64,000 bases of DNA from an uncultured Candidatus Actinomarina sp. (GTDB lineage: Bacteria; Actinomycetota; Acidimicrobiia; Actinomarinales; Actinomarinaceae), in assembly GCA_902510965.1 (NCBI GenBank), contig CABXDM010000001.1:1180-65179 (forward strand), read 5' to 3'. The position numbers and the translations under genes were made by a program. The notes beneath the pieces were generated by a model. That model did no database searches. It had not been told where the DNA came from and saw only the letters and a list, made by a program, of their open reading frames with translations. Shown piece by piece: positions 20,546 to 30,365 of this stretch (within the stretch, counting starts at the first letter, position 1; each line of letters begins with the position of its first letter).

Positions 20546-23355
20546 TGTCTCAAGATTATTTAAAAGTAAAAGGTGCAAAAGAACATAATCTAAAAAATAT
20601 TTCACTCGATATTCCAAAAAATAAATTCGTAGTAATTACTGGTTTGTCAGGATCGGGCAAATCGTCACTTGCTTTTGATACAATATATGCAGAAGGACAG
20701 CGTAGGTATGTTGAAAGTTTATCGGCTTATGCTCGACAGTTTTTAGGTCAAATGGAAAAGCCAGATGTTGAAAGTATTGAGGGATTGTCACCTGCGATAG
20801 CAATAGACCAAAAAACGTCTTCAAGAAGTCCAAGATCAACAGTAGGTACAGTTACTGAAGTGCATGACTATCTTCGTTTACTCTGGGCGAGAATTGGTAT
20901 AAGTTACTGTCCAATATGTGGTTCTAAAATTGAAAAGCAGTCAGTAGATTTTATTGTAAATCAAGTTATGTCCCTTGGTGAAAACGTAGACATAGAGATT
21001 CTAGCTCCAGTAGTTAAATCCAGAAAGGGTGAGTTTGAATCTCTTTTTAAGGATTTATTAAAAGATGGATTTACAAGAGCTTATATAGACGGTGAACTTA
21101 CAAGACTTGATGAGGCAAAGAGACTTGATAAATATTTCAATCATGACATATCTGTTCTTGTTGATAGAGTAAAAATTAAAAAAACACCAGGAAGAAGACT
21201 ACCCCAATCTATTGAAACAGCATTAAAGCTTACAGGGGGAACTCTTGATATAAGATTTAATGAAAATATTCAGAATTATAGTCAAAATCTAGGATGCCTA
21301 GAGTGCGGAACTTCTTATGACAAACTCGAGCCACGAGACTTTTCATTTAACTCACCTTTTGGTGCTTGCAATACTTGTAATGGGCTTGGTATAAATTACG
21401 AGATTGATGAAAAACTATTGATTAAAAATAGAGAATTAAGCATAGGTGAAAATGTATTTCCCGATATGTCTACCAGAAAATACTTTAGAGCACAGATTTA
21501 TGGAGTCTGCGAATTTTTTGAGATACCAATGGATATTTCTTATAAAGATTTGTCAGAAAACGATAAGCATATTTTACTAAATGGAAGTGACGGGATTAAG
21601 ACTCCTATTAGATATACAAATAGATTTGGTAATTCAAGAACTTGGGAGAGATCCTATCCTGGAATAATCCCAATGTTTAAACGACTTTACGAGGAAACCA
21701 CATCAGACCATGCACGTGACTACTACATGCAATTTATGCGTGAACTTCCATGTGGTGGTTGCGAAGGTGAGAGACTTAATGAACGATCAAGAATGGTACA
21801 GGTAAAGTCACTAACTTTAGGACAGTTCAACAAACTATCAATAACCAAGGCTTATGATGTTATCGATAAATTAAAACTAACAGGAAACTCTAAAGAGATA
21901 GCAGAAGCTATTCTTAGAGAAATAAAAGAAAGACTTAACTTTTTAAACGAAGTAGGACTTGGCTATCTTCAGTTAAATCGTGGAGCCGCAACACTATCAG
22001 GTGGAGAAGCTCAAAGAATTAGATTAGCCACACAAATTGGCTCAGGTTTGACTGGAGTTTTATATGTCTTAGACGAGCCTTCCATAGGGTTACACCAATC
22101 GGATAATAATAAATTAATAGAAACGTTAATACGCCTTAGAAATCTAGGAAATACTGTACTAGTAGTGGAGCATGACGAAGAAACCATGAAGCAATCAGAT
22201 CACCTAATTGATATTGGTTGGGGAGCTGGCGAACAAGGTGGAAATATTGTTGCATCTGGAACATGGGAGGAGGTTGCTCAAGTAAAGAAATCTATAACAG
22301 GTAGATACCTTTCTGGAAAAGTTAAAGTTCCATATCCAAAAGTAAGAAGGCAAGGAAACAAGTCAAAAATTGTATTAAGAGGAGCCCAAGAAAATAATTT
22401 AAAAAACCTTACAGTTGAGTTTCCTCTAGGTAAATTTATTTCCGTTACTGGAGTATCTGGAAGTGGAAAATCCACACTTGTAACCGAAATTTTATCTAAG
22501 GCTATTCAAAATGAATTTACAAGGAAGAATTGGATACCTCCTGGTATACATAAGAGTATCTCAGGATTAAATTACCTAGATAAATTAATTGAAATAGATC
22601 AATCACCAATTGGACGAACACCTAGATCAAACCCAGCCACTTATTCTGGTGTTTTCGATATGATCCGTAAATTATATTCTATGACTGAAGAATCTAAAAT
22701 CAGAGGATATAAACCAGGAAGATTCTCTTTTAATGTACCTGGTGGTAGGTGTGAAGTATGTAGGGGTGACGGCACCATCAAAGTTGAAATGTATTTCCTA
22801 CCTGATGTTTATGTTAAATGTGAAGACTGTGATGGTTCAAGATATAATCCAGAAACATTGAGTATAAAATGGAAAGGCTATAGTATTGCTGATATTCTAA
22901 ACTCAACTATTGAAAATTCATTGAAAATATTTGAAAATCAGCCCTCAATTTTTAAAGTAATCAAAACATTAGATGATGTAGGGCTTTCTTATATTACCTT
23001 AGGTCAAGCAGCTACAACACTTTCAGGGGGAGAAGCTCAAAGAGTTAAGCTTGCTAAGGAATTAAGCAAACGTTCTACAGGTCAAACAATGTATATCCTA
23101 GATGAACCCACAACCGGACTTCACTTTGCAGACGTCCAAAAATTACTTGAAGTATTGCATATGCTGGTCGACAAGGGTAATACAGTAGTAGTTATTGAGC
23201 ATAACCTTGATGTAGTAAAAAACTCTGATTGGGTAATTGACCTCGGTCCTGAGGGTGGCGAAAATGGTGGCAAAATTGTAGCATCTGGAACGCCTGAAAG
23301 TATTGTTAGAGATAAGAATTCTCTCACAGGTAAATATTTAAAATTTTTGCTTTAA
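20545..23355 (+). CDS. uvrA: Excinuclease ABC subunit A
   Basis: 936 aa with two ABC modules ([20 protein letters not shown]), CxxC zinc modules, and LSGGEAQR twice. Start overlaps the uvrB stop by 1 nt (TAATG). Confidence 0.97.
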   Translation: MSQDYLKVKGAKEHNLKNISLDIPKNKFVVITGLSGSGKSSLAFDTIYAEGQRRYVESLSAYARQFLGQMEKPDVESIEGLSPAIAIDQKTSSRSPRSTVGTVTEVHDYLRLLWARIGISYCPICGSKIEKQSVDFIVNQVMSLGENVDIEILAPVVKSRKGEFESLFKDLLKDGFTRAYIDGELTRLDEAKRLDKYFNHDISVLVDRVKIKKTPGRRLPQSIETALKLTGGTLDIRFNENIQNYSQNLGCLECGTSYDKLEPRDFSFNSPFGACNTCNGLGINYEIDEKLLIKNRELSIGENVFPDMSTRKYFRAQIYGVCEFFEIPMDISYKDLSENDKHILLNGSDGIKTPIRYTNRFGNSRTWERSYPGIIPMFKRLYEETTSDHARDYYMQFMRELPCGGCEGERLNERSRMVQVKSLTLGQFNKLSITKAYDVIDKLKLTGNSKEIAEAILREIKERLNFLNEVGLGYLQLNRGAATLSGGEAQRIRLATQIGSGLTGVLYVLDEPSIGLHQSDNNKLIETLIRLRNLGNTVLVVEHDEETMKQSDHLIDIGWGAGEQGGNIVASGTWEEVAQVKKSITGRYLSGKVKVPYPKVRRQGNKSKIVLRGAQENNLKNLTVEFPLGKFISVTGVSGSGKSTLVTEILSKAIQNEFTRKNWIPPGIHKSISGLNYLDKLIEIDQSPIGRTPRSNPATYSGVFDMIRKLYSMTEESKIRGYKPGRFSFNVPGGRCEVCRGDGTIKVEMYFLPDVYVKCEDCDGSRYNPETLSIKWKGYSIADILNSTIENSLKIFENQPSIFKVIKTLDDVGLSYITLGQAATTLSGGEAQRVKLAKELSKRSTGQTMYILDEPTTGLHFADVQKLLEVLHMLVDKGNTVVVIEHNLDVVKNSDWVIDLGPEGGENGGKIVASGTPESIVRDKNSLTGKYLKFLL

Positions 23356-25164
23356 ATGGATAAAATAAAAACAAATGAGATTCCAGAAAATCCTGGAATA
23401 TATATATTTAAAGATAAATATAATGACCCACTTTATGTAGGTAAAGCAAAAAACCTTCGTAAAAGAGTACCTTCCTACTTTCGTGAAAACTCAACTTGGA
23501 AGATAAAAAGATTAACTTCAGAGGCAACTCAAATAAGTTTTGTTACTTCAAAAAATGAAGCAGATGCATTATTGGCTGAATATTCTTTCATTCAGCAATA
23601 TAAGCCGAAATATAATGTGCGACTCAAAGATGATAAATCCTATCCGTATGTAACACTCACAAATGATGAGTGGCCAAGGGCTTATGTTTCTAGAAAAATA
23701 AACTCAAATAATATTAACTTTGGACCTTTCCCATTTATTGGCGCTGCAAGAAGATCTTTAGATCACTTAATTAATATATTTCCTGTAAGAACTTGTACTA
23801 AGAATGTTTTTGAAAGACATCAAAAACTCAATAAACCATGTTTGCTCTATGATATTAAAAAATGTGCTGGACCATGTATAGATGCAGTTCCACGTAATGA
23901 ATATACAGAAATGTTGAATAATATTGAAAATTTCTATTCCGGAAAATCAGATGTATACGTGAACGATAAAATATCAGATATGAAAAAATATTCCTCTAAT
24001 CAGGAATATGAAAAAGCTAATGAAGCTAAAAAGTTGATAGAGCATCTAGAAAATGCACGTTCAACGCAAACATTAATGGTTTCAAATACTAAATCTGTTG
24101 ATGTTATAGGTATAGATGTAAGCAATTTGGATGTAGTTATATCTTGTTTGTTGATACGAAACGGAAGAATTATTGGGGAAGTTAAGAAAACATTTGAACC
24201 CATAGATACAAAAAAACATGACGAATACTTACCTCAGATTATCTTGTCAATATTTTCTGAAAATCAACCATCTGAGGAAATCCTTGTTAGCCACAGTTTT
24301 CCGTATATAGATCTCATTCAAGAACAACTGACACACAAATGGGGTCGCAAAATTGTACTAAAAACTCCCAAGCAGGGATGGAAAAAAGAACTCTTAGACA
24401 CAGCAATTATTGACGCAAAAGAGTTACGAAGAGTTGTAAATTTTAGAAGAAGGACAGATTTAGAATTTAGATCAAGATCTTTAGAACAGTTAAAAAATAA
24501 ATTAGGTTTGAAAAATATTCCTTACCGTATAGAAGCCTACGATATTTCAAACTTAGGACCTGATTACAGAGTCGGCTCAATGGTTGTAATGGAGGATGGT
24601 TTATCAAAACCTTCAATGTATAGAAAATTTCACATCAAATCATTTCAAGGACAGGATGATTTTAAATCAATGGAGGAAGTTTTATTTAGAAGACTCAAAA
24701 GGTTAACAAAGAATACAGAAAACGACCCAAGCTTCAGAAGAAAACCAGATTTAATATTAATTGATGGGGGAAAGGGACAACTATCATCTGCTAAAGGCGT
24801 AATAGATCATCTTCAGTTAGATATTGATATTGTTGGTCTAGCAAAAAGAGAAGAGGAAATTTTTAAACCTTTTAAAAAAGACTCAATTATGTTAAATAAA
24901 AACTCTGAAGCCCTTTTTACATTGCAAAATATTAGAGATGAAGCACATAGGTTTGCAATTAACGAAAATCGAAGATTAAGAATAAAAAACTTTGATAAAC
25001 AAACACTACTAACCATTGAAGGGGTTGGATCCATCTCTTCAAAAAAAGTATTAGATAAATTTAAAACTATTGAAAAACTTTCTAAAGCTACCTATCAAGA
25101 CTTAGAAGAGATAGTTAGCCCTGGCATAGCAAGAAAAATCTTCACACACTTTAACGGCTTATAG
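23356..25164 (+). CDS. uvrC: Excinuclease ABC subunit C
   Basis: GIY-YIG N-terminus (GIYIFKD..LYVGKAKNLRKRV), a UVR domain, and an endonuclease V-like domain plus (HhH)2 at the C-terminus. The ATG abuts the uvrA stop. Confidence 0.95.
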   Translation: MDKIKTNEIPENPGIYIFKDKYNDPLYVGKAKNLRKRVPSYFRENSTWKIKRLTSEATQISFVTSKNEADALLAEYSFIQQYKPKYNVRLKDDKSYPYVTLTNDEWPRAYVSRKINSNNINFGPFPFIGAARRSLDHLINIFPVRTCTKNVFERHQKLNKPCLLYDIKKCAGPCIDAVPRNEYTEMLNNIENFYSGKSDVYVNDKISDMKKYSSNQEYEKANEAKKLIEHLENARSTQTLMVSNTKSVDVIGIDVSNLDVVISCLLIRNGRIIGEVKKTFEPIDTKKHDEYLPQIILSIFSENQPSEEILVSHSFPYIDLIQEQLTHKWGRKIVLKTPKQGWKKELLDTAIIDAKELRRVVNFRRRTDLEFRSRSLEQLKNKLGLKNIPYRIEAYDISNLGPDYRVGSMVVMEDGLSKPSMYRKFHIKSFQGQDDFKSMEEVLFRRLKRLTKNTENDPSFRRKPDLILIDGGKGQLSSAKGVIDHLQLDIDIVGLAKREEEIFKPFKKDSIMLNKNSEALFTLQNIRDEAHRFAINENRRLRIKNFDKQTLLTIEGVGSISSKKVLDKFKTIEKLSKATYQDLEEIVSPGIARKIFTHFNGL

Positions 25165-25232
25165 AGACTCACCCTATTAAAAATGCCTTCCATCTCATTA
25201 CATCGCAACTACAATATCTTTGAAAGGTAAAA

Positions 25233-26096
25233 ATGGTTTCTAAAAGACCCGAAGTTTTGTTACTGGTAGGTATGTCTGGTGCTGGTCGTTCTGCTAGCTC
25301 TAATGTCTTCGAAGACCTTGGATATTATGTTATTGAAAACTTACCACCTGAGTTGGTTGAGTCTGTTGTTGAATCTAATGATGTTGCTGAATCAAACAAA
25401 CAACTTGTTCTAACAATTGATGCTAGAGATGGGACATCACAAGAAGCACTTAACAAAAGTCTTGAAAGGTTAAGTCAATCAGGTGTATTAACAAGAGTAA
25501 TATTTTTAGATGCAAATAATGAAACCCTCATAGAGCGTTATGAGGAGAATAGAAGACCTCATCCAATGGGTCTAGATTCATTATCTCAATCAGTAAAAAA
25601 TGAAAGAGATCAATTAAAGCCTATAAAAGAACTTGCTGACTTAGTTATAGATACTACAGATATGAATGTACATGAACTAAGAAAAAGAATTATTGAGGGA
25701 TTCCAGGGCGAAGCAACCAATCAAGATCTAAAGATATCCGTTACATCATTTGGATTTAAAAATGGTGCACCCCGAGATGCAGACATTGTATTAGATGTAA
25801 GGTTTTTACCAAATCCTCATTGGAGAGAGGAATTACGTTCTTCTACTGGGCAATCTCCAATGGTGAGAAATTATGTACTGTCGTTCGAAGATGCTGAAAT
25901 ATTTCTTGAGAAGACAAAAGACTTAATTGATTTTTTGTTACCTAGATTCACATCTGAAGGAAAATCTTATGTAGGTATAGCAATAGGCTGTACTGGTGGA
26001 AAGCATCGAAGTGTTGTGATGACAGAAGAGGTTGGCGGTTGGTTGATTAACGAAGGTAAAGATGCAGTAATTTTACACCGAGATATGAAAGAATAG
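25233..26096 (+). CDS. rapZ: RNase adapter / nucleotide-binding protein RapZ (YvcJ family)
   Basis: Walker A GMSGAGRS, the C-terminal motif GCTGGKHRSV, 287 aa, and position after uvrC. Confidence 0.9.
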   Translation: MVSKRPEVLLLVGMSGAGRSASSNVFEDLGYYVIENLPPELVESVVESNDVAESNKQLVLTIDARDGTSQEALNKSLERLSQSGVLTRVIFLDANNETLIERYEENRRPHPMGLDSLSQSVKNERDQLKPIKELADLVIDTTDMNVHELRKRIIEGFQGEATNQDLKISVTSFGFKNGAPRDADIVLDVRFLPNPHWREELRSSTGQSPMVRNYVLSFEDAEIFLEKTKDLIDFLLPRFTSEGKSYVGIAIGCTGGKHRSVVMTEEVGGWLINEGKDAVILHRDMKE

Positions 26097-26098
26097 TA

Positions 26099-27253
26099 TT
26101 GTCTTCCAGACCACAACTTGGCAACACCCTCATACGAGCTGATCTAAATGTTCCTATCCATAAAAAGGTTGTCAAAGATAATTTTAGAATCATTAAGGCT
26201 ATTGAGTATTTAGAAGATCTTCGTAAAATTTCAAAATCTGTAACATTTCTGAGTCATCTTGGAAGGCCAGATGGAATAAATCTTGACTATTCTCTTAAAC
26301 CTGTGGCAGAGGAAATGTCATTATTGTTGAACGAGGAAGTCCTGTTTATTAACTCTCTTCATGGTCCAGAGGTTAAGAATCATCTTGATGAAAATCCTGG
26401 GAAGGTTTTTCTTTTGGAGAATCTAAGATTTCACAACGAAGAAACAGAAAATAATTTAAATTTTGCCAAAAAAGTAACCGAAAACTTTGACTCATTTATT
26501 TTAGATGCTTTTGGAGCAGCACACAGAAATCATGCATCTATAGTTTCTTTTGGTAATTTTTTAGATGCATACCAAGGAAAATTAATGACAAATGAAGTTA
26601 ACAACCTAGAACTACTCACAAATTCACCTAAAAAGCCATTCTCAGTCATCCTTGGTGGTGCAAAGATATCTGATAAGTTACAGTTGATCAATAATCTATT
26701 ACCGATTGTTGACAATCTTTTAATAGGTGGCGGCATGTGTTTCACATTCCTAAAAGCACTTGGTAACAATATTGGGAAATCGCTGTATGAAGAGGACTAT
26801 CTACAAAAAGCTAAAGAATTGCTTGATTCAGATAATGGTAAGAAGATACATTTACCATCAGATTTTGGAGTAACTAAATCTATAGATTCAGGCATAAGGT
26901 TAGATAAAGAAATATCAGAGTTTTCAGATGATGACATAGGCGTTGACATATCAGAAAGAACGGTTAAAGAATTTGCATCAATATTAGTTACTTCTAATAC
27001 TGTATTTTGGAATGGTCCAATGGGTATTTTTGAAATTGATAATTTTAAATTAGGTACACAATCGATAACTGAAATCGTTTCAAATTTGGATGCTTACACT
27101 GTTGTAGGCGGGGGAGATTCCGTCAGCGCAATAAGAATTTTTTCCGATCTTTCAAAATTTAATCATATATCTACTGGAGGTGGAGCATCGCTTAAATATT
27201 TGCAAGGCAATGAATTGCCCGGTGTAAATATCTACAAACCCCTTATACTTTGA
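26099..27253 (+). CDS. pgk: Phosphoglycerate kinase
   Basis: Motifs RADLNVP, GGAKISDK and STGGGASL. TTG start 2 nt after the rapZ stop. Confidence 0.93.
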   Translation: MSSRPQLGNTLIRADLNVPIHKKVVKDNFRIIKAIEYLEDLRKISKSVTFLSHLGRPDGINLDYSLKPVAEEMSLLLNEEVLFINSLHGPEVKNHLDENPGKVFLLENLRFHNEETENNLNFAKKVTENFDSFILDAFGAAHRNHASIVSFGNFLDAYQGKLMTNEVNNLELLTNSPKKPFSVILGGAKISDKLQLINNLLPIVDNLLIGGGMCFTFLKALGNNIGKSLYEEDYLQKAKELLDSDNGKKIHLPSDFGVTKSIDSGIRLDKEISEFSDDDIGVDISERTVKEFASILVTSNTVFWNGPMGIFEIDNFKLGTQSITEIVSNLDAYTVVGGGDSVSAIRIFSDLSKFNHISTGGGASLKYLQGNELPGVNIYKPLIL

Positions 27254-27257
27254 AAAT

Positions 27258-28022
27258 ATGAAAAAGATTATTATTGGTAATTGGAAACTTAATTTAGATC
27301 ATTTAGAAGCTATACAGCTTTTACAAAAACTCAATTATTCACTCGAAGTTAATATAGAAGACAAAATCGATATTGTTATAGCTCCTTCATATACATCTTT
27401 AAGATCGCTTCAAACAATTATTGATGCTGATAATCTAAAAATTAAAATTTCATCTCAGGATGTTTCAGCTTACATAGAAGGGGCTTACACTGGTGAAGTG
27501 TCTGCTCTTCAATTGAGTAAACTAAATATTACACACTCTATTATTGGACATTCAGAGAGAAGAATAGTTTTCAATGAAACAGATGAGACAATTAACCTAA
27601 AAGTCCATAATGCCGTGAATAACAACCTTATACCTATAGTTTGTTTTGGCGAATCTGAAGATCAGAGAGACACTAATGCGTATTTATCCTATATTTTAAA
27701 TCAAGTCAATATTGCTGTAAAAGGTCTTCGAAAAGACAAAGTAGAAGAAATTATCTTTGCTTATGAACCAATTTGGGCAATAGGTACTGGCAAAGTTGCT
27801 TCAGTTGAAAATGCAATAGAAGTTATCTCCTCTGTAAAGCAAGAGATTTCAACAAAGCCTTTCTATGATGAAGAAAAAATAAGATTCATATATGGTGGAA
27901 GCGTCTCACCCACAAATGCATCTGAGTTACTTAATACTAAAATTATTGATGGAGTGCTCGTTGGAGGTGCTTCCTTAGATGTAGATAAATTCGTACAAAT
28001 TATTAAGTCAGTTAAATTATGA
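27258..28022 (+). CDS. tpiA: Triosephosphate isomerase
   Basis: Motifs GNWK, IGHSERR and AYEPIWAIGTG. Confidence 0.93.
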   Translation: MKKIIIGNWKLNLDHLEAIQLLQKLNYSLEVNIEDKIDIVIAPSYTSLRSLQTIIDADNLKIKISSQDVSAYIEGAYTGEVSALQLSKLNITHSIIGHSERRIVFNETDETINLKVHNAVNNNLIPIVCFGESEDQRDTNAYLSYILNQVNIAVKGLRKDKVEEIIFAYEPIWAIGTGKVASVENAIEVISSVKQEISTKPFYDEEKIRFIYGGSVSPTNASELLNTKIIDGVLVGGASLDVDKFVQIIKSVKL

Positions 28023-28762
28023 ACTTAATATTTGTTCGTCATGGACAAAGTGAATGGAATAAAGAAAATAAATTTACTGGTTGGGTAGATGTAGGACTTT
28101 CTGAAAAGGGGAAACTAGAAGCTATCGAAGCGGGTAAAGTATTATTCAATGCCGGTTTTGCACCAAACATTTGTTACACCTCATATTTAACTCGGTCAAA
28201 AGATACCGCTAAACATATTTTATCTGAATTACCTATAGATGAATCAATCGAATTGCCGATAAAGAATTTATGGCAGCTCAATGAAAGACATTATGGTGCT
28301 CTTCAGGGACTTGATAAGATTGATACAGCAAATAAATATGGGGAAGACCAGGTTCAACAATGGAGAAGAGGTTACAAAATAAAACCACCTTTAGTTGAAA
28401 AAGATTCAAAATATAATCCAAACAATGATTTAATTTACAAAGAAATCCAAGAAAGATTACCTTTAGGGGAGTCATTAGAAGATGTGGTCGTGAGAGTTCA
28501 AGAGACACTTAATTTAATTAAGTCAAAAACAAAAGAAGGAAATGTATTAGTTGTTGCTCATGGAAATAGCATTAGAGCAATACTAAAAATACTAGAAAAA
28601 ATTTCTGACAATGATATTGTGGATATAAATATTCCGACTGGAATTCCTCTCGCATTTAACATTAATGATGATAAAATAACAAGAATCGGGTATCTTGGGA
28701 ATGAAAAAAAGATACAGGAACTTGAAGAAGAAGTTAAACAACAATCTAGATTGAAAGAGTAA
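28019..28762 (+). CDS. gpmA: 2,3-bisphosphoglycerate-dependent phosphoglycerate mutase
   Basis: Motifs FVRHGQSEWN, ERHYG and VAHGNS. ATGA overlap with tpiA. Confidence 0.9.
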   Translation: MNLIFVRHGQSEWNKENKFTGWVDVGLSEKGKLEAIEAGKVLFNAGFAPNICYTSYLTRSKDTAKHILSELPIDESIELPIKNLWQLNERHYGALQGLDKIDTANKYGEDQVQQWRRGYKIKPPLVEKDSKYNPNNDLIYKEIQERLPLGESLEDVVVRVQETLNLIKSKTKEGNVLVVAHGNSIRAILKILEKISDNDIVDINIPTGIPLAFNINDDKITRIGYLGNEKKIQELEEEVKQQSRLKE

Positions 28763-28767
28763 TTTTT

Positions 28768-29004
28768 ATGGATACATTAACAGCGAGTTTAGTTGCAGTA
28801 CATATAGTTATTTCGATAGCACTTATTGGACTTGTATTATTAAATAGTGGAAAAGGTGGTGGCCTATCGGATATGTTGGGTGGACCAGGTGCATCTGGAA
28901 ATATTGGTCAAACATTAGCCGAAAGAAATTTGAGTAGAATCACAGCAGCGGTTGCTCTTTTGTTTTCTGTAACAACGTTATTACTTTTTTGGTTTCTTGA
29001 CTGA
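28768..29004 (+). CDS. secG: Preprotein translocase subunit SecG
   Basis: 78 aa, two TM segments separated by a Gly-rich loop (GKGGGLSDMLGGPGASG). Lies downstream of tpiA, as in Actinobacteria. Confidence 0.8.
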   Translation: MDTLTASLVAVHIVISIALIGLVLLNSGKGGGLSDMLGGPGASGNIGQTLAERNLSRITAAVALLFSVTTLLLFWFLD

Positions 29005-29008
29005 TTTA

Positions 29009-29092
29009 GCGCGGGTGGCGGAACTGGTAGACGCGCAGGATTAAGGATCCTGTGGGGTAAAACCCGTGGAGGTTCGAGTCCTCTTCCGCGCA
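29009..29092 (+). tRNA. tRNA-Leu, type II; hand-folded anticodon AAG
   Basis: Sequence is GCGCGGGTGGCGGAACTGGTAGACGCG-CAGGA-TTAAGGA-TCCTG-(variable arm)-GGAGGTTCGAGTCCTCT-TCCGCGC-A. The D-arm is almost identical to E. coli Leu tRNAs. The 7-nt loop TTAAGGA puts AAG at positions 34-36 and G at 37. Confidence 0.85.
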
Positions 29093-29097
29093 CAAGT

Positions 29098-29754
29098 ATG
29101 GAAACTATAAAAACAATTGCAATCATAAATGATCCGAAAGTAACTCTCGGATCGTTATCAAATATTGATATAGAAGAAAAGTATGCATGGGACGTTAATT
29201 GGGAATCACTTTCAGAGCATCATGAATATATCATATTGGGTGGGCACATGGGGGCATATGAGATAGAAACCTATCCATACTTGCTCAAAGAAAAGGAATG
29301 GCTTAATAAAGTTATTAATAACGGAACTAAAGTATTTGGTATTTGCTTAGGTGCACAACTTATTGCTGATTCAATGGGAGGCACAGCATTTCTTTCTGAA
29401 GAGATTGAGTTTGGATTTAAAGAGTTAGAATTTCACAAAGAGTCTGAAATATTCTCAGGGTTAAAAAATTCAAAAGTTTTTTTATGGCATAGAGACACCT
29501 TCACCCTTCCTCCATCAGCAGAGCTTATTGCTTCGACAAAATATCCTCAAATCTTTACAATTGGAAATTCTATTGCCGTACAATTCCATCCGGAGGTAAC
29601 AGAGACTCTTTTTAAAGACTGGTATGACAGTGACATAAGTAGAAAAGAGTTAGTAGATTATGATGTATCTTCAACTTTGAATTATTTAATAACTAATACA
29701 GAACAATTTAAGTTTGAAATCAATTCAATATATAAAAAGTGGAAAAATATTTAA
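29098..29754 (+). CDS. Class I glutamine amidotransferase-like protein
   Basis: Nucleophile elbow FGICLGAQLIA and QFHPE. 218 aa, stand-alone GATase1. Confidence 0.75.
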   Translation: METIKTIAIINDPKVTLGSLSNIDIEEKYAWDVNWESLSEHHEYIILGGHMGAYEIETYPYLLKEKEWLNKVINNGTKVFGICLGAQLIADSMGGTAFLSEEIEFGFKELEFHKESEIFSGLKNSKVFLWHRDTFTLPPSAELIASTKYPQIFTIGNSIAVQFHPEVTETLFKDWYDSDISRKELVDYDVSSTLNYLITNTEQFKFEINSIYKKWKNI

Positions 29755-30329
29755 AAATCTATGTCATTTATTTTTTGAACATAATTTTTTAATATGGAGT
29801 ATCTTTTAACAATTTCTCTTTCGGAAACTAGATAATTCCTTGTTTCATCAGCCATTGGCAACTTTGCTGACAGTTCCCAAAGTTTTAGAATTCTATTTGC
29901 TGAGTCTATTTCAAATATTGGTAATTCAATATCTAAACCTTGTTCTATCAATTTTCCAATGCCTCTCTTGATATCTGCTTCAAGTGATAAAAGCTCATCT
30001 TCGGTTGGCGGTAGCCCAATATCTATTACTAACTCACCTGACGCTTTTGGATATTCATTTTCAAGGTTGATATTTGTAACTTCTATTAGATTGACACACT
30101 CTACAACTACTACCTGTTCAGCATTTGATATGTCTTGATGATCAATAATCCTAACTTCTGAGGCAATCTCATTTAAATTATCCAACGACCTACCAACACA
30201 AAATGTATTGTTATTTTGAATACTATCACCTATTAAAAGAAGATATCTTGGCTCAAATATACGTAAAACTGATATTTCATGTGGAAAATAATTAATACCA
30301 GCGGCAAAAAAAGGAAATTCAACTATCAT
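29751..30329 (-). CDS. LON N-terminal substrate-binding domain protein
   Basis: The N-terminus FPHEISVLRIFEPRYLLLI matches the Lon N-domain consensus (lfP...l.L.IFEpRY). 192 aa. Confidence 0.7.
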   Translation of the reverse strand: MIVEFPFFAAGINYFPHEISVLRIFEPRYLLLIGDSIQNNNTFCVGRSLDNLNEIASEVRIIDHQDISNAEQVVVVECVNLIEVTNINLENEYPKASGELVIDIGLPPTEDELLSLEADIKRGIGKLIEQGLDIELPIFEIDSANRILKLWELSAKLPMADETRNYLVSEREIVKRYSILKNYVQKINDIDF

Positions 30330-30365
30330 AATCTTTGTTATTTAGGATAAGTGATATAAAACATT

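Noticed and set aside
13961-29092. tRNA-Leu genes as possible genomic-island integration sites
   Set aside because: There is no integrase, no direct repeat of a tRNA 3' end and no foreign-looking cargo next to either tRNA. The flanking genes are conserved housekeeping genes.
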